Position numbers and translations under genes: made by a program. DNA of 64,000 nucleotides from positions 186,001-250,000 of IMG/VR virus record IMGVR_UViG_3300042261_001312. One strand, 5' to 3'. Below, piece by piece: positions 10,112 through 18,916 of this stretch (its first letter is position 1; every line of letters begins with the position of its first letter). Below the pieces are notes generated by a model. The model made no database searches. It was not told where the DNA came from and saw nothing but the letters and a program-made list of their open reading frames with translations.

Positions 10112-10774
10112 ATGGCTAAAAATATAAATTTAAATAAACTCAGGGATGAAATTGAAACCCGCAAGGGAGAAAGAAACATGGTTTCATCCAAATTAGGTGA
10201 AACTGTTGGTGCTGGTCTTGCACCCAAAGATGTATTTTTAAATGGTTTGTTGGAATCGTTACATACTGGTAGAGAAACTGCATCAAGCAGTTTAATAAAA
10301 ACTGTTGACAATCAAGTTTCAATTAAAAAGGGTGAATCTGCTAAATTACAAATTAGCGAATCAGTACCTACTCAACAAAGAACTCCGATTCCAGTACCAA
10401 GAGAAAATTACGATATGTCTCCTGAGAGAGATGAGCAATTATATCGTGACTTGGAAGTCAGGAGAAAACAAACATTGGCTGAATCCATTGAAGGATATTC
10501 AAAAATTCCGCAAGTAGGTGCACCAATGAGCAATGGAGTACCACAACAAATTAATGAAGCATATTTAACCGAAAATGTAAAGAAAATTGTAAATAATTAC
10601 TTGATCGAAAATTTCGGTCCTGTCGTTGAGGAAGCAATAAAAAGTACAATTCTTGAAATGTACGCAGTGGAAAGAATTAAAGAAGTTCTGCATGAAAACA
10701 AAGATTTAGTGAAAACAATTGTCTATGAGACGATTCGAGAACTTCAATCAAAAAACAAGAATAAAGCGCAATAA
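10112..10774 (+). CDS. hypothetical protein (possible scaffold/head protein)
   Basis: 220 aa, helical, with several ISE/LAE/INE/LTE motifs. Confidence 0.7.
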   Translation: MAKNINLNKLRDEIETRKGERNMVSSKLGETVGAGLAPKDVFLNGLLESLHTGRETASSSLIKTVDNQVSIKKGESAKLQISESVPTQQRTPIPVPRENYDMSPERDEQLYRDLEVRRKQTLAESIEGYSKIPQVGAPMSNGVPQQINEAYLTENVKKIVNNYLIENFGPVVEEAIKSTILEMYAVERIKEVLHENKDLVKTIVYETIRELQSKNKNKAQ

Positions 10775-10792
10775 GAATTGCGCTTTTTTTTT
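10763..10792 (+). terminator. Rho-independent terminator
   Basis: Stem AAAGCGCAAT / ATTGCGCTTT, 4-nt loop, followed by a T-run. Confidence 0.85.
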
Positions 10793-10804
10793 ATAGTTAA
10801 TTCT

Positions 10805-10812
10805 GTATTTAT
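10805..10812 (+). promoter_or_regulatory. GTATTTAT putative late promoter
   Basis: 32 nt before ATG 10837, directly after the terminator. Confidence 0.65.
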
Positions 10813-10836
10813 GGATATACTATAATTATTTAAAAC

Positions 10837-13800
10837 ATGACATACAACGAATTCTTACAGAATTTCTTACCTGAATTTTCTAAAATCAAATCATATAAAG
10901 GCAGAATTGAATATGCTAATCAGTATCTAACCAAACTAGGTAGTGGTAGTGGTAGAGTTGTTTATGATATTGACGGAACAAAAGTTTTTAAAGTCGCAAA
11001 AAATACTAAAGGAGTTGCACAAAATGAGGTTGAATCAAGTATTGGTAGAGATTATTATACTCAAGATTTGGTCACTGAAGTATTTGAATCTGCAGATGAT
11101 GATAGTTGGATTATTGCAGAAAAAGCAAAAAAAGTTTCGGAAAAAAGAATCATTCAACTAACTGGTATTCCAAATTTAAGTGAATTATATTATTATCTCA
11201 GAAATAACGAACTTCGTAATAAAGGAAGTAGAGGTATACATCATCAAGATGATGATATTGTTGAGCAGTTAAATGAAAATGAATTTGCAGCAAATATTCT
11301 CGATTTTATTATAAATTATAATCAAAGTGCTGGTGATTTGGGTAGATATAGTAGTTATGGTGAAGTAGTGCGTAATGGGCAATCTCAAATAGTAATAACT
11401 GATTATGGATTAAATGATGAAGTATATCAGACACACTACACACGAAAAGATAAGCAACCATATCGCATGTATGAATTATTCAATCATGCTGACGGAAATG
11501 ATGATGATCTCTCATACGTTGATGATGGTGATATTATAAGACATGGCATGTGGGCATTAATTCCTTATGGTGTTGGGGATGGTACTGATACAATTAATGA
11601 AGATTTTATTAACTTTGTTTCGAATAGAGATAATTATCCATCAAGACCATTGACGGTAATGCCATATTTAATGGAAGTTTTCCATGAATGTGTAAATAAT
11701 CTCGAAGAAGTATTAAATAAGGTTGAGGATAAGAAGAAGTTTTATATTAATTTATTAAAACTTCAAGAATATTTGATTGAACAGAAATTTTATGATAGAG
11801 AACCATTAAAATTATATGAAGGTGAAATGATGGACGAAAAATACGATGTTAATACTGCTGAAGCAATAGCAAAAAAAATTGCTGAAAAGTACGGATTTAA
11901 GAAATTAGAATATATTGGTGGTGGTAATTTTGGAGTTGCTTATGATGTTGGTGAAAATAAAGTATTGAAAATAACCAGCGATAGAACAGAAGCAAATGAA
12001 AATCTTAAATTAAAAGGCAAACCATTGCAATATATTGCAGAGCCATATGAAGTGATAAGAATTTCTCCAAAGACAACTCAAATACCTGAAACATATGCAA
12101 TTATATTGGAGAAATTACAAACAGATGTGAATGAATTTAGAAGGCTTATCGATAGAATGGAATTTGCCTTCAAGAGAATTATGGGTGTTGACTACTATGA
12201 TGTAATTTTACATTACACCGACCAAGAAGATTTTAGTGTGGATGAGGATAAGGTGAATGCATATATGAAAAGAAATCCACAAGATGCTGAATTCTTTTAT
12301 GGAATTATAAGGATTGCAGAAGAGTTGAAGAAATATGGTATTGAAAGCGTTGATTATATCAATCCCAGCAATCTTGGATATAAACAAAATGGTGCATTGG
12401 CGTTTTTTGATGTTGGGTTTGGTAGCGAATCACCTTCAAGTGAGAAACCAAGAAATTTTGAAATTGATGAAGATGGAAGTGCTAAATTTTCACAAGTTGA
12501 TTCAATTGGTCGTGATGATTTTCCAACATATGACCAAAATGATACGTCACCATTAACTGATAATAATATTCCAACAACTACTGATGAAGATTTGGAATAT
12601 CGACATGCAGATGATGCGACACAAGACGAATACATAATTGATGAAGATATGGAATTTGTCGGTGGTAGCGAAATGACCGATGACACACATGAATTGGATG
12701 AACGTATTCTATCAGCAATGAAAGGTAGTAGTACGGTTGATGTTAAGAAGAAATGTAGATTAGGCGGTTTGGGAAGTACAAGTGTTGCTTGTAATCAAGG
12801 TGACATTAAAAATTTGAAGATCAGATCATTAAAGGAAGATACAATAAGGCATAATGAAGATGTTTGGGCATGGGTATCTCCTGATAATAGATTAATTCGT
12901 GTTCCTAAACTAAATCATAAAGGATATATAATGAATGTCTATAGGAATTTTAGTTGGGATTACGATCAAGTGTTTGATAAAGCAATTGAAGATGGATGGG
13001 TCAGAGTTATTTACGAATATTTTCCAAAACAATATAAGTCTTCGTTGTCATTAAATGGCTATGATAAAGAACGTGTTATTTCTGTTTTTAAAGAAATGTT
13101 TTATAATTTGGTTAAATATGGAAATAATAATGTATATTTGGAGTATGAAAATCCAAAGGGGTATGATTCATTTAACATGGGTACTGCTGATGGAAAAGAA
13201 AAGATGAGTTCGATAATTGGCGAAGAATATCTAAATGAAGACGTTGTTCCAAATAGACGAAAATTTTGGGCATGGGTATCTCCTAACAATGAATTTATTG
13301 AAATACCTAAAATGGGGCATGTCGAATATATTGAAGATAAATATCCAAATTCTGATGATGTATATGCAGATGCAATTAGAGATGGTTGGGTTAGTGCGAT
13401 GTATTCTCATTATAATGATGGAGAAGGTAGTGAATTGTCATTGAATGGAATTGATAAAAATAGAGTGAAAGATGTTCTTAAAAATGTTTTTGGAAATTTG
13501 GTAAAAGGTGGAAATCTTTCAATATATATGGACTATGAAGATGGTACAATGAGTGATATTATTCATACACAAAATATGGATGGAAAAATGAAATTATTTG
13601 ACTTTCTTCGTGAAAATCTTGATGAAACAATTGAAGCATCAGATGCGTATAGTGACGGAGATGCGTTGCAGTCAATGATTGATGGCAAGAAAGATGTTGG
13701 ATTTATTCATTTTAAAGGTCACAGGAATGCAGAGGTGGGTAATAATTTAAAAAAACTTGCAATTGAAAATGGTTTTAAATTTATTCCTGTGGAGCAAGCA

Positions 13801-14130
13801 CATCATAATATTGACATGAATGTTGTTTATCGAGATACTCCAAGAGGTGAAAGAAATGCTAAGAGATTATACGATATTGCAATGAGTCATAATGGATATC
13901 TTGCTGATAAATCACCAGAAGAAGCGTGGGAAATTGGTAAGTTGTTAGATTATAGCGAACAATCGATAAAAGAATATATTAAAAGGAGATATGTTGATAA
14001 AACAGATGCTTATGGTAGAAAATATCCCGAAGATATGTTTCCTTCAGATATGGTTGTTGACCCAAAATATTATATGAATGAAGCAGAAATAATTATAAAT
14101 AATATTAAAGTGGCTAGATTATTAATGTAA
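10837..14130 (+). CDS. multidomain polyprotein: two protein-kinase-like domains, a tandem pair of ~130-aa WAWVSP domains, and an uncharacterised C-terminal domain
   Basis: Kinase 1: LGSGSGRVVY, FKVAK, QNEVE, GDL, TDYG. Kinase 2: IGGGNFGVAY, VLKIT, EANE, DYINPSNLG, FFDVG. WAWVSP repeats begin at 12865 and 13267. Confidence 0.75.
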   Translation: MTYNEFLQNFLPEFSKIKSYKGRIEYANQYLTKLGSGSGRVVYDIDGTKVFKVAKNTKGVAQNEVESSIGRDYYTQDLVTEVFESADDDSWIIAEKAKKVSEKRIIQLTGIPNLSELYYYLRNNELRNKGSRGIHHQDDDIVEQLNENEFAANILDFIINYNQSAGDLGRYSSYGEVVRNGQSQIVITDYGLNDEVYQTHYTRKDKQPYRMYELFNHADGNDDDLSYVDDGDIIRHGMWALIPYGVGDGTDTINEDFINFVSNRDNYPSRPLTVMPYLMEVFHECVNNLEEVLNKVEDKKKFYINLLKLQEYLIEQKFYDREPLKLYEGEMMDEKYDVNTAEAIAKKIAEKYGFKKLEYIGGGNFGVAYDVGENKVLKITSDRTEANENLKLKGKPLQYIAEPYEVIRISPKTTQIPETYAIILEKLQTDVNEFRRLIDRMEFAFKRIMGVDYYDVILHYTDQEDFSVDEDKVNAYMKRNPQDAEFFYGIIRIAEELKKYGIESVDYINPSNLGYKQNGALAFFDVGFGSESPSSEKPRNFEIDEDGSAKFSQVDSIGRDDFPTYDQNDTSPLTDNNIPTTTDEDLEYRHADDATQDEYIIDEDMEFVGGSEMTDDTHELDERILSAMKGSSTVDVKKKCRLGGLGSTSVACNQGDIKNLKIRSLKEDTIRHNEDVWAWVSPDNRLIRVPKLNHKGYIMNVYRNFSWDYDQVFDKAIEDGWVRVIYEYFPKQYKSSLSLNGYDKERVISVFKEMFYNLVKYGNNNVYLEYENPKGYDSFNMGTADGKEKMSSIIGEEYLNEDVVPNRRKFWAWVSPNNEFIEIPKMGHVEYIEDKYPNSDDVYADAIRDGWVSAMYSHYNDGEGSELSLNGIDKNRVKDVLKNVFGNLVKGGNLSIYMDYEDGTMSDIIHTQNMDGKMKLFDFLRENLDETIEASDAYSDGDALQSMIDGKKDVGFIHFKGHRNAEVGNNLKKLAIENGFKFIPVEQAHHNIDMNVVYRDTPRGERNAKRLYDIAMSHNGYLADKSPEEAWEIGKLLDYSEQSIKEYIKRRYVDKTDAYGRKYPEDMFPSDMVVDPKYYMNEAEIIINNIKVARLLM

Positions 14131-14157
14131 GTTTCGATTCTTTTCGTAGACGTGTTA

Positions 14158-14166
14158 GTATTTATA
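14158..14166 (+). promoter_or_regulatory. GTATTTATA putative late promoter
   Basis: 23 nt before ATG 14181. Confidence 0.7.
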
Positions 14167-14180
14167 TTAAAAACAATGCC

Positions 14181-15005
14181 ATGGGAAGACCAAGAATTTA
14201 TAGTTTAAATGAAAATTATTTTAATATTATTGATAGTAATGAAAAAGCATATATATTGGGATTTATTTATGCTGATGGTAGTGTATTTAGAAATTATTTG
14301 ACAATTGGATTATCAGATAAAGATGTTGAAATATTGGAACATATTAAAAAGTGTTTGGGATATGATGGAATTATTTATAAAAGATTTGATGCGAAAAAAA
14401 ATAAATCATATGTTATATTATCAGTAAGTTCGAAAAATATTGTAAAAACATTAATTGATTTGGGTGTTATTAATAATAAAACATATCTTTCAAAGGAATT
14501 CCCAACATACGAAAAAAAATACGAATGGGCGTTTTTGAGAGGATTTTTCGATGGAGACGGGTCAATATATTGCAATTTTCGTAATAATAATATTAAAACA
14601 ATTGAGTATACTGTATGTTTTTCTGGTAATTTATCTGTATTAAATCAGTTGAAAAAAATTTTATATGAATATAATATATCAAGTTCAAACATAAGACATA
14701 GACGTGAAAATGAAGAATCATGTATGTTGGAAATAAGGGGTAATAATAATATTGAAAAAATTTATGGTCTAATGTATGAAGATGATGGATTCTATTTAAA
14801 GAGAAAAAAAAATAAATTTAATGACTTTAATAATATGTTGACGACATTAACCAAAAGAAATTTATCTAATAAAATTATTGACGACATTCTTGAATATTAT
14901 AACATGAAAATAAAACAGTCTGAAATCGCAAACATTTTAAAAATACCCAAAAGTTCTGTGAGAACAGTAATTCAAAGATTAAGAAAAAATGGAAAAATTG
15001 TATGA
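14181..15005 (+). CDS. free-standing double-motif LAGLIDADG homing endonuclease with C-terminal HTH
   Basis: AYILGFIYADGSV and AFLRGFFDGDGSI motifs; C-terminal QSEIANILKIPKSSVRTVI HTH. Confidence 0.88.
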   Translation: MGRPRIYSLNENYFNIIDSNEKAYILGFIYADGSVFRNYLTIGLSDKDVEILEHIKKCLGYDGIIYKRFDAKKNKSYVILSVSSKNIVKTLIDLGVINNKTYLSKEFPTYEKKYEWAFLRGFFDGDGSIYCNFRNNNIKTIEYTVCFSGNLSVLNQLKKILYEYNISSSNIRHRRENEESCMLEIRGNNNIEKIYGLMYEDDGFYLKRKKNKFNDFNNMLTTLTKRNLSNKIIDDILEYYNMKIKQSEIANILKIPKSSVRTVIQRLRKNGKIV

Positions 15006-16578
15006 ATTTATTGAAAATTTAAGAAATAAACCTTTTATTAAAAATTTAATAGAAAGTGAATATAGTGTTTATGCCGTTGGCGGTGTTGTTAGGGATTTAA
15101 TATTAAATAAGCCGAATAAAGATATTGATTTGGTGGTTGGTAACATTGATATTGATGATTTGATTTTTGTTTTAAAAAAATTTGGAAAAGTTGATGTTGT
15201 TGGAAAATCGTTTGGGGTAATTAAATTCGTAGATTCTGATGGTACTGATTATGATATTGCACTTCCACGAAGAGATAAAAAAAATGACAATGGCGGTCAT
15301 CGTGGCTTTGATGTTCAATACGATAAAAATATCCCGATTGAGTCAGAATTAATTCGCAGGGACGCAAAGTTCAACGCAATGGCGATTAATATTAATACTG
15401 GTAAATTTATTGACCCTTTAGGCGGTTTAAATGACATCGAAAATAAAAGTATTTCTGCAGCAAATCCTGAAGCATTTAGTGATGACCCATTAAGAATGTT
15501 GCGCATGATTAGTTTCGCAAGTCGTTTTGGTTTCAATATTGAGCCAAAAACAATGCAAAAAATCATTCAAAATGCTGACAGAATAAAAGAAATTACACCT
15601 GAAAGAATCTTAACAGAATTCGATAAAATTGTTAAAAAAGGCAATATATTCTTGGGTGCAAAACTATTGGGTGCTACTGGTTTATATGAAGCAATATTTG
15701 GAGTACAGCCACAAATTGATATGTACAAATCCAAAAATCTATTCAATAATGCCAAGACAATGGGTGATTTTATTTATCTATTGACCAAAGATTCTCTTGA
15801 TAGTCCTGCTGAATTTTATAAAGATAAATTAAAAGGTGATAACGATACATATAAGGAATTGAAGGCATTGGAAACTGCATACAGCATGGATAGTACTAAT
15901 CCAATTGCAAGTAGATCAGTTGCCCATAATATGTATTTATATTCGCCGCAATCACTTAATAGTCAAATTGTTCCCGATAATGTAAAGAATGCAGCACAAG
16001 AATTACTAACAGGTAAATATCCTAAAACAACAACTGAATTGGCTGTTAATGGTACTGATTTGATGAATCTTGGATTAAAGGGTAAAGAGATTGGCGATAT
16101 GCAGAAATCATTATTGATTAAAGTTTATTCGGATAAAGTTAGAAATAATAAAGAAGAATTATTATCTTTGGCAGGTGGTAATAATACATTAACTGAAGAT
16201 ATGAATGTTCTTTACAGTGCAGTTGTTCTTGACGAACAATCACACGATAAATTGGTAAAAGTTTTTAGGATGATGATTCCTGAAGGCTGGGAAATAATTG
16301 CGCATCATATGACAATTAATATGGGTGCGATAAAACCTGAGTTTCAAGATGATTTGGGTGATAAAATAAATTTATCAGTAATTGATTATGCTATTGATGA
16401 TAAAGTTATGGCAGTTGGTGTTGAAGGATATCCAACAATGAATGCCAAACCACATATAACAATTGCTGTTAATAGAAGTGCTGGTGGTAAACCAGTAATG
16501 TCGAATAATTTAACTGATTGGAAAGAAATTAAATTTAAATTGGAATTAACTGGAATTGTAACTGAAATTAAAAGATAA
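14989..16578 (+). CDS. cca: class II CCA-adding tRNA nucleotidyltransferase (no HD domain) fused to a C-terminal 2H cyclic phosphodiesterase (Trl1-CPD-like)
   Basis: VYAVGGVVRDLIL...KDIDLVV, RRDAKFNAMA, FSDDPLRMLR, ITPERI, tail ELAVNGTDLMNLGLKGKEIG; then, after the LTED linker, two HxT motifs (HHMTI at 16303, PHITIA at 16453). Confidence 0.85.
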   Translation: MEKLYEFIENLRNKPFIKNLIESEYSVYAVGGVVRDLILNKPNKDIDLVVGNIDIDDLIFVLKKFGKVDVVGKSFGVIKFVDSDGTDYDIALPRRDKKNDNGGHRGFDVQYDKNIPIESELIRRDAKFNAMAININTGKFIDPLGGLNDIENKSISAANPEAFSDDPLRMLRMISFASRFGFNIEPKTMQKIIQNADRIKEITPERILTEFDKIVKKGNIFLGAKLLGATGLYEAIFGVQPQIDMYKSKNLFNNAKTMGDFIYLLTKDSLDSPAEFYKDKLKGDNDTYKELKALETAYSMDSTNPIASRSVAHNMYLYSPQSLNSQIVPDNVKNAAQELLTGKYPKTTTELAVNGTDLMNLGLKGKEIGDMQKSLLIKVYSDKVRNNKEELLSLAGGNNTLTEDMNVLYSAVVLDEQSHDKLVKVFRMMIPEGWEIIAHHMTINMGAIKPEFQDDLGDKINLSVIDYAIDDKVMAVGVEGYPTMNAKPHITIAVNRSAGGKPVMSNNLTDWKEIKFKLELTGIVTEIKR

Positions 16579-16583
16579 TTGAA

Positions 16584-17138
16584 GTGAGCGAATTTAAAGA
16601 AGCAAAAATTGCTGGTGATATTGGTGAAGAAGAAATATTGAAATTAATACAAAATCCTGATCACTATCTATATGATCCAGATGCTTATATTGATAATACA
16701 GGTAAAGCAAATAGTGATTGGGATATCGTAAGACCTCGTACAGGTAAAAATGTTGAAGTTAAAAATGATTTTAAATCAAAATTTACTGGAAATATACTTT
16801 TAGAGATTTTTATGAATGGTAAATTGTCTGCATTATCTGTAACGAAAGCCGAATATTGGGTGTTTATTACGGGGTATAGATATATCTGGATTAAACCTAT
16901 TGAAATATATCGTTTTCTTGAACAACATTTCGAATATGGTAGAACACCAATAACTGGTGATGGGGATACTAAAGAAAAATTAGCATATCTTGTTAGGCAT
17001 GACGTTTTGGTTATGCACATTTATAATAATTTAACCAAAGAACAGGGTTGGGTTGATATGATTGGTGAAAATGAGGTTATGTATTATGATAATTTTACTA
17101 AAACATTAAAAGATAAAGGAATAGAAACATATGATTAA
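16584..17138 (+). CDS. PD-(D/E)XK restriction-endonuclease-like protein
   Basis: GDIGEEE helix, WDIV...VEVKND, TGNILLEI pattern; GTG start. Confidence 0.65.
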   Translation: MSEFKEAKIAGDIGEEEILKLIQNPDHYLYDPDAYIDNTGKANSDWDIVRPRTGKNVEVKNDFKSKFTGNILLEIFMNGKLSALSVTKAEYWVFITGYRYIWIKPIEIYRFLEQHFEYGRTPITGDGDTKEKLAYLVRHDVLVMHIYNNLTKEQGWVDMIGENEVMYYDNFTKTLKDKGIETYD

Positions 17139-17697
17139 AAGATTAATAGCATTCGATTTTGATGGTACACTTTCCAATTCACCTGAACCACAGGAAGGTA
17201 TGCAAATTTGGAAAGAAAAAACTGGACAGGATTATCCACATAAAGGTTGGTGGGGTAGACCAGAAAGTCTTGACACAAACATATTTGATATACAATTGTT
17301 TGATGGTGTATTGAATTTATTGAAAATGGAAGACAAAGACCCTGAAGCGTATGTTATAATATTAACATCACGAAGGGAGAAATTACGTCCACAACTGGAA
17401 AAAATATTAGCAGATAATAAAGTGCATGTTGATAAAGTTGACATGAAAACTCTTGAAATATCAAAAGGTCAAAAAATTCTTGACTATATTAAAGAATTTC
17501 CTGATCTAAGAGAGATTGATGTATTTGACGATAGAGAATCGGATATTGAATCATATAAACAAATTCAGTCACAAATTCCTGAGAAAATAAATTTCAGAAT
17601 ATTTTGTGCGAATAATGGTCAACTACATTTAGTTGAAGGAAATAATAAACTAACCAACATAATAAACGAAGAACTCCTAAATCTATTCGTAACATGA
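17131..17697 (+). CDS. HAD-superfamily phosphatase, 'Swiss Army Knife' RNA-repair-like type
   Basis: Motif I FDFDGTL, GWWGRPESL cap signature, motif II ILTSRR, motif III SKG, motif IV VFDDRE. Confidence 0.75.
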   Translation: MIKRLIAFDFDGTLSNSPEPQEGMQIWKEKTGQDYPHKGWWGRPESLDTNIFDIQLFDGVLNLLKMEDKDPEAYVIILTSRREKLRPQLEKILADNKVHVDKVDMKTLEISKGQKILDYIKEFPDLREIDVFDDRESDIESYKQIQSQIPEKINFRIFCANNGQLHLVEGNNKLTNIINEELLNLFVT

Positions 17698-18062
17698 AAA
17701 CAATATTAATTGCCGAAGATAATGCCTATAATTTTAGGATGTATCCAATAATTCTTAAAGATTTGGGTATTAATATATTACACGCTTTAAATGGAAAGGA
17801 AGCAATTGAGATTACTACATCAAATCCAGAGATATCCTTAATATTAATGGATATGAATATGCCAGAAATGAGTGGTGAAGAAGCGGCAGTTATAATTAAA
17901 GAAGCGTATTCAAATATTCCAATAATATCCATAACAGCATATACTGTTATGGGAAAAGTGAATGATGAAAATCGAAAATATTTTTGTGAATTCATTACAA
18001 AGCCTTTTAATGTAAATAATTTAAAGGAAATTGTAAGAAAATATTTATCCGATGAAAATTAA
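17694..18062 (+). CDS. stand-alone response-regulator receiver domain (CheY-like)
   Basis: ILIAEDN, LILMDMNMPEMSG (phosphoacceptor Asp), ITAY, ITKPF: all canonical receiver residues are present. Confidence 0.9.
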   Translation: MKTILIAEDNAYNFRMYPIILKDLGINILHALNGKEAIEITTSNPEISLILMDMNMPEMSGEEAAVIIKEAYSNIPIISITAYTVMGKVNDENRKYFCEFITKPFNVNNLKEIVRKYLSDEN

Positions 18063-18069
18063 ATTATCC

Positions 18070-18078
18070 GTATTTATA
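18070..18078 (+). promoter_or_regulatory. GTATTTATA putative late promoter
   Basis: 23 nt before ATG 18093. Confidence 0.7.
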
Positions 18079-18092
18079 TTAAAATATTTACA

Positions 18093-18908
18093 ATGATTGA
18101 TATGAGATATAAACCATATTTTCTTCCGCAAGTCAGTGCACCATATACGATTGTGTTACAAAGACTTGATGATGAAGATGTGGATTACGATGTGATTGAG
18201 ACAAATCCCGAAGAGTTGAATCCGTCTCAGGGGATTACGCTGTCAGATGAAGTAGGAAATGTGGAACTTGATGATTTAAACCCTATTTGGGTTGATAATG
18301 AAATGAATGTTCTTGATGGTCATCATAGATGGGTTAAAGCAATGGTTGATAATGTTCCGTTGAAAGCAGTTAAAATCAATTTAAATAATAAAGATGCTTG
18401 TAGAATTTTAAATAAGATTCAAGACATTTATGAATATGAACATCAACAGGGGTTAGAAGAAGTTGAAATGCAAAGTGCTATTAATTATTATGGTGATGAT
18501 GAAAATCAATTTCTAACAGAATTGGAAGGGTATAATACCGAAATTCAGAAAGAATTTCCCCATGCTAATGAACAAACAATCACAGCGTATAGAAAAAATC
18601 CAATTAAAGAAAATTCTGCAGTTGGTAATTTTTTCACATTAAGTCCAATTGAGGGATATAGTAAATATCAGATTGATTTTGATAATCTCTTAGATACTAA
18701 TGCATTGGGTGTCACTTATAAAGATGGTCAAGAACCAGTTGATATTATTGCAAGAATATGGTTTCCACATATAAATTTTGAAAAATTGGGTGAACAATAT
18801 AACATGCCAGCCATTAACCTAAAAAATAAGGCAGTTGCAGAAAAAGCAATGAAACTTGGGTATGATGGAATAAAATACGGCGATAAATTAATTCAAGGAC
18901 TAAAATAA
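18093..18908 (+). CDS. ParB/sulfiredoxin-like N-terminal domain plus C-terminal domain ending GYDGIKY
   Basis: LNPSQ...IWVDNEMNVLDGHHRW is a ParB-like motif; the C-terminal assignment is uncertain. Confidence 0.6.
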   Translation: MIDMRYKPYFLPQVSAPYTIVLQRLDDEDVDYDVIETNPEELNPSQGITLSDEVGNVELDDLNPIWVDNEMNVLDGHHRWVKAMVDNVPLKAVKINLNNKDACRILNKIQDIYEYEHQQGLEEVEMQSAINYYGDDENQFLTELEGYNTEIQKEFPHANEQTITAYRKNPIKENSAVGNFFTLSPIEGYSKYQIDFDNLLDTNALGVTYKDGQEPVDIIARIWFPHINFEKLGEQYNMPAINLKNKAVAEKAMKLGYDGIKYGDKLIQGLK

Positions 18909-18916
18909 TTAAAATC

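Noticed and set aside
14131-14160. GTTTCGATTC resembles a tRNA T-loop
   Set aside because: The gap is only about 50 nt, with no acceptor, D or anticodon stems. I saw no tRNA gene in the window.
14989-16190. Poly(A) polymerase instead of CCA enzyme
   Set aside because: The PAP signature [LIV][LIV]G[RK][RK]F is not met (VVGKSF), and the CCA-type DDPLR template motif and tail domain are present. Only a biochemical test is definitive.
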